Virus record (IMG/VR): IMGVR_UViG_3300034200_001185
Location: 32,001-96,000 of that record
Length of the DNA: 64,000 nucleotides
From: a virus
Reading direction: 5' to 3' (one strand)
This document shows positions 37,052-46,025 of this stretch, piece by piece. A model generated the notes under the pieces. That model ran no database searches. It had not been told where the DNA came from and worked only from the letters and a program-made list of their open reading frames with translations. Position 1 is the stretch's first letter. Each line of letters begins with the position of its first letter. Position numbers and translations under genes: made by a program.

Positions 37052-37756
37052 ATGTCGAGTAATACACCAAAAGTAGTAAAAGCACAAGCACCTACTTTAC
37101 TGCACGCGCAACAGCAAGAACGACAACCACAAGGTTTACAATTACCAGAGATTTCGTTTTCAGATAAAACGAAGGCTGAGCTTGAAAACATATCTCGTGA
37201 GATGAAACGTGCCACAGAATCCGTTGCTACTTCCGAAAAGGTAGAAAACATGGTACCGGACGATAAGGTACTAGATCCGCTATTCGATCAATTAATGAAT
37301 CCGCCGGATTTAGCGATTGCATCAGTCGGTGCTAGAAAAAGAGCTGAATCAAATCTACGCGCTCTTAGAATCGATGACTTATTTATCTCAGGTGAAATCC
37401 ACCAAAACGTAGAAGTCATTCCGGGAAAACTTACAATTAAGTTTAGAACACTTCGTACAAACGAGGACTTGTATATTAAACGTAAGTTATCCGAAGTTAA
37501 GAACGAAGCTGCTAGATACGTAGAGGATAGAATTATCGTTATGTATATTTGCGCACACGTTGTAGATATTAACGGTGATTCATTACCTTTGCTTACAGAT
37601 GCCAACGGAAACATTCTCGATTCAAACTTTGAACAACGCTTTAAAAAGATATCCGCATTACCTCAAGTATTAATTGAGCGTATCTGGGTTAATCTTCGTT
37701 GGTTTGAAGATAGAGTACGTAAAGCATTATCGCCTGATTTTTTAGGGAATGGCTGA
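37052..37756 (+). CDS. tail assembly chaperone (G-like)
   Basis: Ends in slippery T-TTT-TTA; upstream of tape measure; helical. Confidence 0.65.
   Translation: MSSNTPKVVKAQAPTLLHAQQQERQPQGLQLPEISFSDKTKAELENISREMKRATESVATSEKVENMVPDDKVLDPLFDQLMNPPDLAIASVGARKRAESNLRALRIDDLFISGEIHQNVEVIPGKLTIKFRTLRTNEDLYIKRKLSEVKNEAARYVEDRIIVMYICAHVVDINGDSLPLLTDANGNILDSNFEQRFKKISALPQVLIERIWVNLRWFEDRVRKALSPDFLGNG
37738..37744 (+). other. programmed -1 ribosomal frameshift site
   Basis: In-frame X-XXY-YYZ heptamer T TTT TTA; -1 frame open to 38097. Confidence 0.75.
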
Positions 37757-37773
37757 CAACGCCTGTAGGTTGG

Positions 37774-38097
37774 GTGCGTGCTAATTTTATCTACGATACA
37801 TTAGAACATCCACCTACGCCAGGATCTCCGTTAGAAGCTGTATGTATGTATGTATTTAATTGCCGTCAGCGAGAAAAGTATATACACGCCGTTCTAATGG
37901 TCCAACCAAACGTGTCAGCCGATAACCATGAAAAACTTAAATCGCTTTTAAGTTCGTATGAAAGCGAATTATTTCCATACACGGAGAAAGAACAATGGAA
38001 AGAAAAAGAGAAGATATCGGCGATCATGGATCGGGAGATGCAAAAGGGTCCGATGAAAGTCGAATCTCAAGCTCAACCAAAGAGATCGAAACGTTAG
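37774..38097 (+). CDS. -1 frame extension of tail chaperone (GT-like)
   Basis: Frame continuous from 37744; weak independent start (GTG). Confidence 0.65.
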   Translation: MRANFIYDTLEHPPTPGSPLEAVCMYVFNCRQREKYIHAVLMVQPNVSADNHEKLKSLLSSYESELFPYTEKEQWKEKEKISAIMDREMQKGPMKVESQAQPKRSKR

Positions 38098-38306
38098 AAA
38101 ACTTAGCAAAGTACCTAGCAGAGTTCGTAAAAGAATCTACAAAAGACAAAGTAGAAACACGTAAATTAATGCAATCAATCGAAAGCTCTCTTTCAAAGAT
38201 CGCATCTAGCGTATCGGCAATTCAAAAACAAACCGAGAAAAAGAAATCTCACGAATTGCCCGGTACAATGTTACCTCCACCACTGCCACATCCAAGGCTA
38301 AAATAA
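37995..38306 (+). CDS. hypothetical coiled-coil protein
   Basis: Fills the gap; stop coupled to next ATG; start uncertain. Confidence 0.55.
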   Translation: MERKREDIGDHGSGDAKGSDESRISSSTKEIETLENLAKYLAEFVKESTKDKVETRKLMQSIESSLSKIASSVSAIQKQTEKKKSHELPGTMLPPPLPHPRLK

Positions 38307-38686
38307 TGCTCAAGCTTTCATGTCAACTATTATCACTCGCGACAAAACATAACTTCGTAAAGAATGAAGTAGAGTACGTAGTCGAGTTAAACATACTTGG
38401 ACAAAAGATTACCGCTCAAGTATCGGAAGAATTTGTGCAATCGCTAGACAAGGCTGCGGAGTCTCAACCAAAGACAACTGAGATTGCGCCAAGACAACAA
38501 ACCAGACAACCGCAACCACAACAAGTTCAGTCAGACGACCGTAAAAAGAAAGCGCTAAGTAAATTTAGACAACGCTTAGAAGGTCGTAGACAAGAGCCTG
38601 TACAAGAAGAAATCGATTATTCCGTAGGCCACGTTGATGACTACGGTTATGACGGTTATTCAGACGAGGATATAGGTCAATTATGA
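38306..38686 (+). CDS. hypothetical protein
   Basis: Translationally coupled ORF. Confidence 0.7.
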   Translation: MLKLSCQLLSLATKHNFVKNEVEYVVELNILGQKITAQVSEEFVQSLDKAAESQPKTTEIAPRQQTRQPQPQQVQSDDRKKKALSKFRQRLEGRRQEPVQEEIDYSVGHVDDYGYDGYSDEDIGQL

Positions 38687-38994
38687 AAGGCGAGGATTTA
38701 ATTCGAATTGAGCATAAACTAGATGCGTTGCTTTGGTATATGCAAGAGCTAACCGGTATTCCGCCTAAGGATATTCCAAGGCAAATACCAGGTGCAGGCG
38801 GTATGACAAATGGCGTATGCCCAATCACTCGTACACCAATCTACTACCATGTGGATGTTAATTCCGGAAGCGTTGTTCGTAAAGACGGACTCACATCCGG
38901 AGTAGTCTCGTCATCTCCTATATCTATGCCGGAAGTCAAAGGTTATAGTGTCACCATACTTAATGGCGGATTAGGAGATCACGATGGCAATTAA
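38683..38994 (+). CDS. hypothetical protein
   Basis: ATGA overlap with previous ORF. Confidence 0.7.
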   Translation: MKGEDLIRIEHKLDALLWYMQELTGIPPKDIPRQIPGAGGMTNGVCPITRTPIYYHVDVNSGSVVRKDGLTSGVVSSSPISMPEVKGYSVTILNGGLGDHDGN

Positions 38995-39343
38995 ACTAAT
39001 GAACTCGTGGATACAAGTACGTAAGGAAGAACTCTCGAAACCTAAATCCTCGTTAATCCTAATGGAAACCAAAGCGGACAAAGTAGGTATCGCCGTAGGA
39101 CGTGTTGTTTTACTACCAAGTAAACTTACGTTTGAAAAGATTAAAAAGACAGACGACGGATTCGAGCCGGTATCTACGCTACGTACAGTAGATCCAAGCG
39201 CTATGGGACTAGCAAATAATTGCAGGATTGTATTTCGTAATTACTTATCAGGTATGCACGAAATGGAAGACGGCACCTTTCTAATCCATTGGCAAGACGT
39301 ACTAGCGATTGTACCAGAAGGTGCAGAGATTTCGAACCTATGA
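38984..39343 (+). CDS. GroES-like co-chaperonin
   Basis: IKLMNSWIQVRKEE..SSLIL..GRVV..RIVF..FLIHWQDVLAIV matches the Cpn10 pattern. Confidence 0.7.
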   Translation: MAIKLMNSWIQVRKEELSKPKSSLILMETKADKVGIAVGRVVLLPSKLTFEKIKKTDDGFEPVSTLRTVDPSAMGLANNCRIVFRNYLSGMHEMEDGTFLIHWQDVLAIVPEGAEISNL

Positions 39344-39495
39344 AACGACTAATCTTACAACTTAAACCAGAAGATCACGAATGGCTTAAATCACATGCGA
39401 CATCTAAAAACGTATCGATGTCGCAAGTTGTAAGAGATTTAATAGCGACAGCGAGAGAAAAAGATGAGCGAAAAAAATCCCCTAGACAGTATTAA
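39340..39495 (+). CDS. ribbon-helix-helix DNA-binding protein
   Basis: MKRLILQLKPEDHEWLKSHATSKNVSMSQVVRDLI (CopG/Arc-like). Confidence 0.75.
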   Translation: MKRLILQLKPEDHEWLKSHATSKNVSMSQVVRDLIATAREKDERKKSPRQY

Positions 39496-39925
39496 ACCGA
39501 AGATGATCGCACTCCCATCAACGGATGCGCAACTCGGACAATTAATAGGCGAACTTGCAAGCGAGAATCCAAGAGCAATCATCATCGATTTCTTTCAAGC
39601 TACAATCGTAGTGCATCCTTCTGGAGTAGGCGGAAAACCACAACTCACCGAAGATTCTATTCCGTATTTACTTGCTAACTTTCATATCGAAATGTTAGAC
39701 AGACAGCCCGTAAATGTAAAAACAGCATCGGACATTTTAAAAAAAGAATACAATTCGTGTGTAATTGTGTTTCATATACAACATCAAAAACTTGAATACG
39801 AGTTACAACTAGGAGAACGAGCATTATGGACAAAGTTAATAGCACCAAGCATAGCGTTGATCATCAAGCAAAAGACCGACCAATCCGATTGGAAGATCTA
39901 CGGATTACAGATCGAGCAGAACTAA
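39464..39925 (+). CDS. hypothetical protein
   Basis: 153-aa operonic ORF. Confidence 0.7.
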   Translation: MSEKNPLDSIKPKMIALPSTDAQLGQLIGELASENPRAIIIDFFQATIVVHPSGVGGKPQLTEDSIPYLLANFHIEMLDRQPVNVKTASDILKKEYNSCVIVFHIQHQKLEYELQLGERALWTKLIAPSIALIIKQKTDQSDWKIYGLQIEQN

Positions 39926-40077
39926 CAAAGGTTCCACAAACTAGAGTACGCTTATGTGTAGACGAAGAATACACTGCGTGCGGATATGAGCATTCTGACA
40001 TGTCATTCGAAATTAAGGTTTCGAATAAAGTACTAGAAAATCTAGTAGAAAAGATAGGAAAACAATGGCTGAAGTAA
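39826..40077 (+). CDS. hypothetical protein
   Basis: Fills gap; start uncertain. Confidence 0.45.
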   Translation: MDKVNSTKHSVDHQAKDRPIRLEDLRITDRAELTKVPQTRVRLCVDEEYTACGYEHSDMSFEIKVSNKVLENLVEKIGKQWLK

Positions 40078-40502
40078 ATCACCTCGATCAGTTTAAATCG
40101 TTACTTGCGACATTAGGATTAGAAGTATACGCAAGTCCTGTCGTAAAGGATGATACAATTTGTTGTTTATGTAGATTAAAACCGCTTACTTCTCAAGATA
40201 CTAACTTGAAAGCAGCGGAAGGGCGCTTATTGTTCTTTATTGAAAAAGCGCTAAAAAGCGAATCAGAAAACTTAGATACATGGCGTCTTCGCTTAAGTCG
40301 TCCTTGGATTCTAAAAGAAGATAAGCTTTTCTTTACTTGGGATTTTACGTTCCAAGGTAATCTACGTTTATGTTACGAAAAGCTAAAAGCGATTCCTGTT
40401 CCACCAGCACCTGGCGCAAGAGAAGGCGATGTAGCGATTCAGACAATCAAGCCAGCACGCGGATCTATTAAACAAGTTAAAGTAGGAAATCTAAGAGCAT
40501 GA
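40065..40502 (+). CDS. hypothetical protein
   Basis: 145-aa operonic ORF. Confidence 0.7.
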   Translation: MAEVNHLDQFKSLLATLGLEVYASPVVKDDTICCLCRLKPLTSQDTNLKAAEGRLLFFIEKALKSESENLDTWRLRLSRPWILKEDKLFFTWDFTFQGNLRLCYEKLKAIPVPPAPGAREGDVAIQTIKPARGSIKQVKVGNLRA

Positions 40503-41086
40503 CAAAGATTGCAACAGGAGATACTCCGGCTAGATACAAGATCGAAGTACACTTTGGACCACGTAGAACTACAAACGGTCCAAACGTAGCAGCGATTAGT
40601 GTATTTGAATCCGGTTTACACCTAGACGGCGAAGGCGATGAGCTTATGTATATTTGTGCAGAACGAGATAAAGGTTTAGCACTTAATGCACCTAATGTCG
40701 CTGACACAGATATCGTTTGGGGTAAGGAAGGTTGCGGTAAGTTTATTCCCGGTAAGAATTTACGTGCAGGCGTTGCTGTATGCGTATGCGAAAAGCGTAA
40801 AATGATGAAGAGCGAAGAGCTCACATCTACATTACTCGTAAACCTATCAACCGAAAAGATTTCAAACTTAGTAGCGTCTTGGTTTAGAAAGCTTGATAAC
40901 GATGCGGATATTTACGTTAAGTACCATCCAACGGATATTCGTTATCAAGCAATGGCAGATGCTCAAGGACTAGACAAGGCGAGAAGCTTACGTGGTTTGA
41001 CAATCTATCCGCTAAAGAATATAGTAAAGGACGTTTCAAATGGCGCAACGCTTGAAAAAAGATTCTTCGCCCTCTTCACCTGTTGA
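40499..41086 (+). CDS. hypothetical protein, possible Zn-binding
   Basis: YIC..GCG..CVC cysteine pattern. Confidence 0.7.
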   Translation: MTKIATGDTPARYKIEVHFGPRRTTNGPNVAAISVFESGLHLDGEGDELMYICAERDKGLALNAPNVADTDIVWGKEGCGKFIPGKNLRAGVAVCVCEKRKMMKSEELTSTLLVNLSTEKISNLVASWFRKLDNDADIYVKYHPTDIRYQAMADAQGLDKARSLRGLTIYPLKNIVKDVSNGATLEKRFFALFTC

Positions 41087-41345
41087 GGCAAAAGAAACCT
41101 TACGCGATCTAATCGAACGACATAACGAGCTTACACTACGCATTGAATTTATTAATGCAGTACTAGATATGTCGAGAGAGAGCTTTGCACACCACGACGG
41201 ACTCGAACCTAAAAACATCGTGATCACTCCAGATGGTAGGCGCGTACAAGAACACATGATTGAATCTATTTTGCTTGAAATGCAAACAAAGATACTCGAT
41301 CCACTACAAAACGAATTAAAACGTTTAAACTCAAAGAAGGTGTAG
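41040..41345 (+). CDS. hypothetical protein
   Basis: Operonic ORF. Confidence 0.7.
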   Translation: MAQRLKKDSSPSSPVEAKETLRDLIERHNELTLRIEFINAVLDMSRESFAHHDGLEPKNIVITPDGRRVQEHMIESILLEMQTKILDPLQNELKRLNSKKV

Positions 41346-41346
41346 T

Positions 41347-41772
41347 ATGACAAGTACAAAGACACAAGAGCGTACTAATAAGTACCCAATGACTAAAGGC
41401 GATTTACTAGAAATCGTAAACTCTCAAGCATTAACCATTCGCGCAATTATGGAACTACTTAACATAACTGAAGAGCAAGTTCGCGAAAAGGGTTTGGAAA
41501 TCATTAAGAAGCTAAAAATGAGTGCAGGCCCATACGATGATGACGATGATGGTTTTTACGACGATGATGAAGATGATGACGATTTTGATGCCGAAGATTA
41601 TGACGAGGATGATTTCGATCACGACGATGAAGACGAAGATTTTGATGATAGTGACGAAGACTTACTTGAAGATGATGAGTACTCGTTTAAGCAACAAGAA
41701 GCGCTAAAGGCTAAAATCGGAGTATCCGGTATCTCTCATCACCCAGCAGGCGCTGTCTTTTTTGGGGGTTAA
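41347..41772 (+). CDS. protein with long Asp/Glu tract
   Basis: About 50-residue acidic stretch. Confidence 0.7.
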   Translation: MTSTKTQERTNKYPMTKGDLLEIVNSQALTIRAIMELLNITEEQVREKGLEIIKKLKMSAGPYDDDDDGFYDDDEDDDDFDAEDYDEDDFDHDDEDEDFDDSDEDLLEDDEYSFKQQEALKAKIGVSGISHHPAGAVFFGG

Positions 41773-41774
41773 TC

Positions 41775-41978
41775 ATGAGTAAACTTTCGAAAAATGAGCT
41801 AGAAAAAACGGATCAAATTATCAAGGACTTTGAGCAAGCGCTGGTAACCTCAGCTAATATTCCGTTAGCCTTTAGATCGGCATTAACTAGCGCAGAAGTA
41901 GCGCTTCTTAAAACCTTTCTGATGTGGCATAAAGACTCAGAACGAGCTGTCCGGGACGGCGTCTTGGGCGATAACTAA
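41775..41978 (+). CDS. hypothetical protein
   Basis: 67-aa ORF with GGGGG SD. Confidence 0.6.
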   Translation: MSKLSKNELEKTDQIIKDFEQALVTSANIPLAFRSALTSAEVALLKTFLMWHKDSERAVRDGVLGDN

Positions 41979-42401
41979 AGCAGCTACATCTAGCGCATAC
42001 GATTTTGCCATATGTGGGAGGCAATCCAAAGCACACCTAAGCGTATTCGCTTGTTCTGGTGCAATACCCTCCATATGCTTCGCAAGCCCGTACATATCAT
42101 CTCCGCAACACGCCCAACGTAGTAGGCACCACAATACCAGATATTTACCATCACCGCCGGTTGAGTCGTATACCCTACATGACTCGAATGGATACCTACA
42201 ATACTCGAATAATTCATTAACCGAATCGTATTCGTAATCGGTATGAATCTTTATAGGCTTGCCTAGTATATCTACCGTCCAAGTCACGGCCTTACTTTTT
42301 TCTTGTGCGCCTATTGCGTATTCGCATGCGCTATCTACCACTGATACCACTGTTCTTGCGGTTAATGCTGGAAGTCCTACTAAAAATGCTAAGTCGAACA
42401 T
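41937..42401 (-). CDS. hypothetical early-type protein
   Basis: SD AAGGAAAA and GTGATAA promoter at 42440. Confidence 0.65.
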   Translation of the reverse strand: MFDLAFLVGLPALTARTVVSVVDSACEYAIGAQEKSKAVTWTVDILGKPIKIHTDYEYDSVNELFEYCRYPFESCRVYDSTGGDGKYLVLWCLLRWACCGDDMYGLAKHMEGIAPEQANTLRCALDCLPHMAKSYALDVAALVIAQDAVPDSSF

Positions 42402-42473
42402 ATCTTTTCCTTTCGTTTATGTTAATATGTTGCATATAGTTATCACACTTTTTAGCGAAGAATTGAGGGAAGT

Positions 42474-45400
42474 ATGATGCAAGCGCAAGGTAATTTTAAT
42501 TACGGTTGGGGCAATAATCCGAATAATCCTACAATGTCTGCGGACTTTTTAGGTGCAAATCCATACGGACCTAGCTTAGGGTATTCCGCTGGTTTAAGCG
42601 GACTTGGTGCAGCACACAATATATTTAACACGGTTAATACTGCCGGTATGTTTGCCGGTATGGCTTCAGGATTCGGCATAGGTGGATCGGGTTTAGCTAA
42701 TTTCGGTAGAATAGCAGGCGGGCTTGGTTTCGGTGGCATGGTTATGCCGATGCTAGCGCCTATGGCAGTAGGTCACGCATTTGGCGCTGCTGTTCACGGC
42801 GCCCAGCAACAAAATGCCATACATAATATTATGAATCAATCGTTTGGCAACCGAAATATGGGTGGGTATGGCGGTTCTGGTTTTAGCGGACAGTCGGCTC
42901 AAATGATGACGGAAACAATTCGTAGTATGGCAGCGATACCTGACATGCTTACAAATCAAAACGAGCTTACTAACATATTTCGTAATCTTAATAGTATGAA
43001 GCTTCTACAAGCGTCTAAGAACGCTAAAGAGATGGGCGATAAATTTAGTACGATTGTTAAAACAATGAAAGATATGGCAAGAGAACTTAATACAACGCTT
43101 GAAAACGTAATGCCTTATATCGAACAGTTTAATAACCAAGGGTACTTTCATATGAAAGACATTCGTAGAGGATCTTCTATGACTCGTGCTACAAGCGCTG
43201 TCGGTATTGGTATGAATGAACAAAATTTAATCGGATTACAACAAAGCGGTGCAGATTTAGTTCGTGGGTATGGCGGTAGAAGTATGGTAGGATCCGAGCT
43301 TATGCGAGATATGGCTGGTCAAGTAAGCATAGGCGTTCAGAAGGGGTTAATATCAGAAGAACGTTTATTTAACGTAACAGGTAAACGCGGAGAAGAGGCA
43401 GTAGGCGAGATGTCTAAAAAGATGATGGCAGCAAACGCTCGTATTATGCAATCGGATGCAGGTAAAATATTATCCGCAGCGTTGGGAAAGAAGAATGAAA
43501 ACGGAGAGTTTACAGGCGAGATTGATAAGGACCTACTCGAAAAGTTTAATAGTGGCGCACTATCATCGGAAGACATAAAATCTCTATACTCGTCTAAACT
43601 CGACAGTAGCCAAGCAGCAGTATCGTTACAAAATAATATGTCTAGAGGTATGGGCGCAGAGTTTGGTGCGAAGATGGGCGTAGGTGGTTTAGCAAAAGCA
43701 GCGAAAGCATTACTTAAAGATTCAAACTTAAGCGATGAAGAAATTAAACTCTGGTTAAAGAATACGATACAAGAAGATCAAATCGTAGTAGATGCGATAT
43801 TTGAAATGTCGGATAAATCGAAAGGGCTTGAACGAGAATTCGAGAGGCAAGTAGGCGAGGTACAAAAGAAGAATCGAATGATGTCTGCGCTTAGAGAACG
43901 TAGTCTCGGAGCCAAGTATCAGAAGTTTAAAACTAGCGTAGGTCATATTATATCATCTCCATTTGAAAGTATGGGCGGTGACTACATGACACAATTTTCG
44001 GAAGCTGGAGAATTAGCTAGCCACGACTTTGCAAACGGTAGATACCTTAAAGCTACGGGGCGTATGATAGGCGGTTTCTTTGGTATTCAGCCAACTCACG
44101 TACGTGGTAAGCTAGAAGGTATTAGCGATGAAGTTGTAGCAAGCGCAATGATGGGCGATACGGGAAGAACAACTACAAATAACTTTTCAGAAGCAACGGA
44201 TGAAGGTGTTAATAAGTTTTTAAACACATCACGCTTTGCGCAAAACTTAGATATAATTGGTGGTATAAAAGATACATTCGATGAAACGGAAATGAGAGAT
44301 TATAACGCACGTAAATTTTTCGGAACTGATAGAAAAAACATAACAGCGGATTATTTAGCAAAGAGAGAAGGTCAGAAGAGTACGACAAAATCTACTCGAT
44401 TTATAAGAGATTATATTTCGAAGGCTTTGAGTAGTGGTAAGACGGTATCTGAAATCATTCGCGGACTGAAGGAGAATATGACTCACGGTGGAGGCGATAT
44501 ATACGGACAATTACAAGCGCTTGAATCAGAAGGTGGCGGGCTTGGTAAGTTAGCAGGAGAAGTTAGACAAGGAATTAACTCGCAAATCACCAGCGGTATG
44601 GGAAGCGCTACATCGGAGGAGAGAATAGTCGAACTTACAAAACAAAGAAATAGTATGTTTGGTTCTAACTACGGCGTAGGTTTTGGCGGAGCGGAAGGCG
44701 AAGATATTATAGATCAAGGCGCTTTTGGTGGTGTAAACGATCTTGACAGTAATGTTCTACAAGAGATATTTAGATCCGGTAGTCAAGTGAGTATTCAAAA
44801 GCAGCAAGGATACGCACAACTTATGAATGCGCTTAGCAGCGACGATAAAATGGATATAGCGTCAGCTTTACGTAGTGGTGACGATAAAGAAATACAAAGA
44901 GTATTAGATTCGAAGGGCATAAAGCTTAGCGCTAGTGATCTTCAAGGCGCAACAAGAGATGAGTTTTTAAAGCTAGCTGGCGAGGTTTATAACTTAGACG
45001 CTGTGGGAAAGCACGGATATCAACAGTACATGAGCAAGCTTACGGGAAATCTTAGTGAACAGGCTTTACATGAAAAGGGTACGGCTAGAACGGATCTATT
45101 TAAATATACAATGGATAAAGATTTCGGTAGTACAGAATACGGTAAGATGTTAAGTGAATACGCAAGTAAAGGCGATATATCTAAACTTGATGCGCTTACT
45201 GGATCGCTTACGGAAGATAAACTTAAAGGTATGGAAGAGTCATCCGGCAAAGACTTAATGGTTAAACTATTTGCAGAAAAGCAGCGTATAGCCGGTTTGT
45301 CGGATGATGAAGTTACGAACGAGGCTAAAGCGTACTTGAGCGATGATCAGATTAAAGAATTAGGCATGTCTAAACTAAGAACTCGTATGACTAATAGAGT

Positions 45401-45626
45401 CGTACTTCAAGCCGGCAAAGCGTCTAGCGATAAAGATACGGATGAACTTATTATGGCTACGGCTGGTTATTCTGCTGAGGTTGCAGAAGCGATTGCGCAA
45501 GCAAACGAAACCACAGCTAGGTACATGTCTGAAACATCAAACGCAATTACTAAGCAAGAGGCGTTTAATAAAACAACCGCAGAGGCGATAGTAAAGATAA
45601 GCAACTCGGTTAAAACCGTTCCATAG
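42474..45626 (+). CDS. tail tape measure protein
   Basis: 1050 aa, Gly/Ala/Met-rich helical, upstream of hub/baseplate genes. Confidence 0.7.
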   Translation: MMQAQGNFNYGWGNNPNNPTMSADFLGANPYGPSLGYSAGLSGLGAAHNIFNTVNTAGMFAGMASGFGIGGSGLANFGRIAGGLGFGGMVMPMLAPMAVGHAFGAAVHGAQQQNAIHNIMNQSFGNRNMGGYGGSGFSGQSAQMMTETIRSMAAIPDMLTNQNELTNIFRNLNSMKLLQASKNAKEMGDKFSTIVKTMKDMARELNTTLENVMPYIEQFNNQGYFHMKDIRRGSSMTRATSAVGIGMNEQNLIGLQQSGADLVRGYGGRSMVGSELMRDMAGQVSIGVQKGLISEERLFNVTGKRGEEAVGEMSKKMMAANARIMQSDAGKILSAALGKKNENGEFTGEIDKDLLEKFNSGALSSEDIKSLYSSKLDSSQAAVSLQNNMSRGMGAEFGAKMGVGGLAKAAKALLKDSNLSDEEIKLWLKNTIQEDQIVVDAIFEMSDKSKGLEREFERQVGEVQKKNRMMSALRERSLGAKYQKFKTSVGHIISSPFESMGGDYMTQFSEAGELASHDFANGRYLKATGRMIGGFFGIQPTHVRGKLEGISDEVVASAMMGDTGRTTTNNFSEATDEGVNKFLNTSRFAQNLDIIGGIKDTFDETEMRDYNARKFFGTDRKNITADYLAKREGQKSTTKSTRFIRDYISKALSSGKTVSEIIRGLKENMTHGGGDIYGQLQALESEGGGLGKLAGEVRQGINSQITSGMGSATSEERIVELTKQRNSMFGSNYGVGFGGAEGEDIIDQGAFGGVNDLDSNVLQEIFRSGSQVSIQKQQGYAQLMNALSSDDKMDIASALRSGDDKEIQRVLDSKGIKLSASDLQGATRDEFLKLAGEVYNLDAVGKHGYQQYMSKLTGNLSEQALHEKGTARTDLFKYTMDKDFGSTEYGKMLSEYASKGDISKLDALTGSLTEDKLKGMEESSGKDLMVKLFAEKQRIAGLSDDEVTNEAKAYLSDDQIKELGMSKLRTRMTNRVVLQAGKASSDKDTDELIMATAGYSAEVAEAIAQANETTARYMSETSNAITKQEAFNKTTAEAIVKISNSVKTVP

Positions 45627-45634
45627 GATTAGAT

Positions 45635-45814
45635 ATGAGCGATAAAAAAGAATCTGAAAAGACGAAGCAAGAAGTACAGTATAAACTAGACAGAATGGTT
45701 GCGTCTAAAGATGCGTTATTACTTAAAACGGATATACTAACTACAAAGACTCAAGAGTTTAATAACGGAAGCCTTTTAGTACTTACAAAATTACAAACAT
45801 CGTTAGGAAGATGA
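45635..45814 (+). CDS. small hypothetical protein (59 aa, not in ORF track)
   Basis: ATG 45635 to TGA 45814 fills the gap after the tape measure. Confidence 0.6.
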   Translation: MSDKKESEKTKQEVQYKLDRMVASKDALLLKTDILTTKTQEFNNGSLLVLTKLQTSLGR

Positions 45815-45815
45815 T

Positions 45816-46025
45816 ATGATCTCGTTACCAATAAATTACGGAGCTCAGCGTGTTCCACTGAGCAACAAATCGCAAGTAGATTTAATTATCGTAGATAAGA
45901 TATCAAGCGATGTCATAATAGACGTATTAGCTAAATCTATTGCGTATAAAAAAGTATACGGCGAAGATATGCCGAATCAAATAACCGACAAAATGCGAAT
46001 GCAGTGTACAAAGGTTACGATATGA
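45816..46025 (+). CDS. hypothetical protein
   Basis: Operonic ORF. Confidence 0.55.
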   Translation: MISLPINYGAQRVPLSNKSQVDLIIVDKISSDVIIDVLAKSIAYKKVYGEDMPNQITDKMRMQCTKVTI

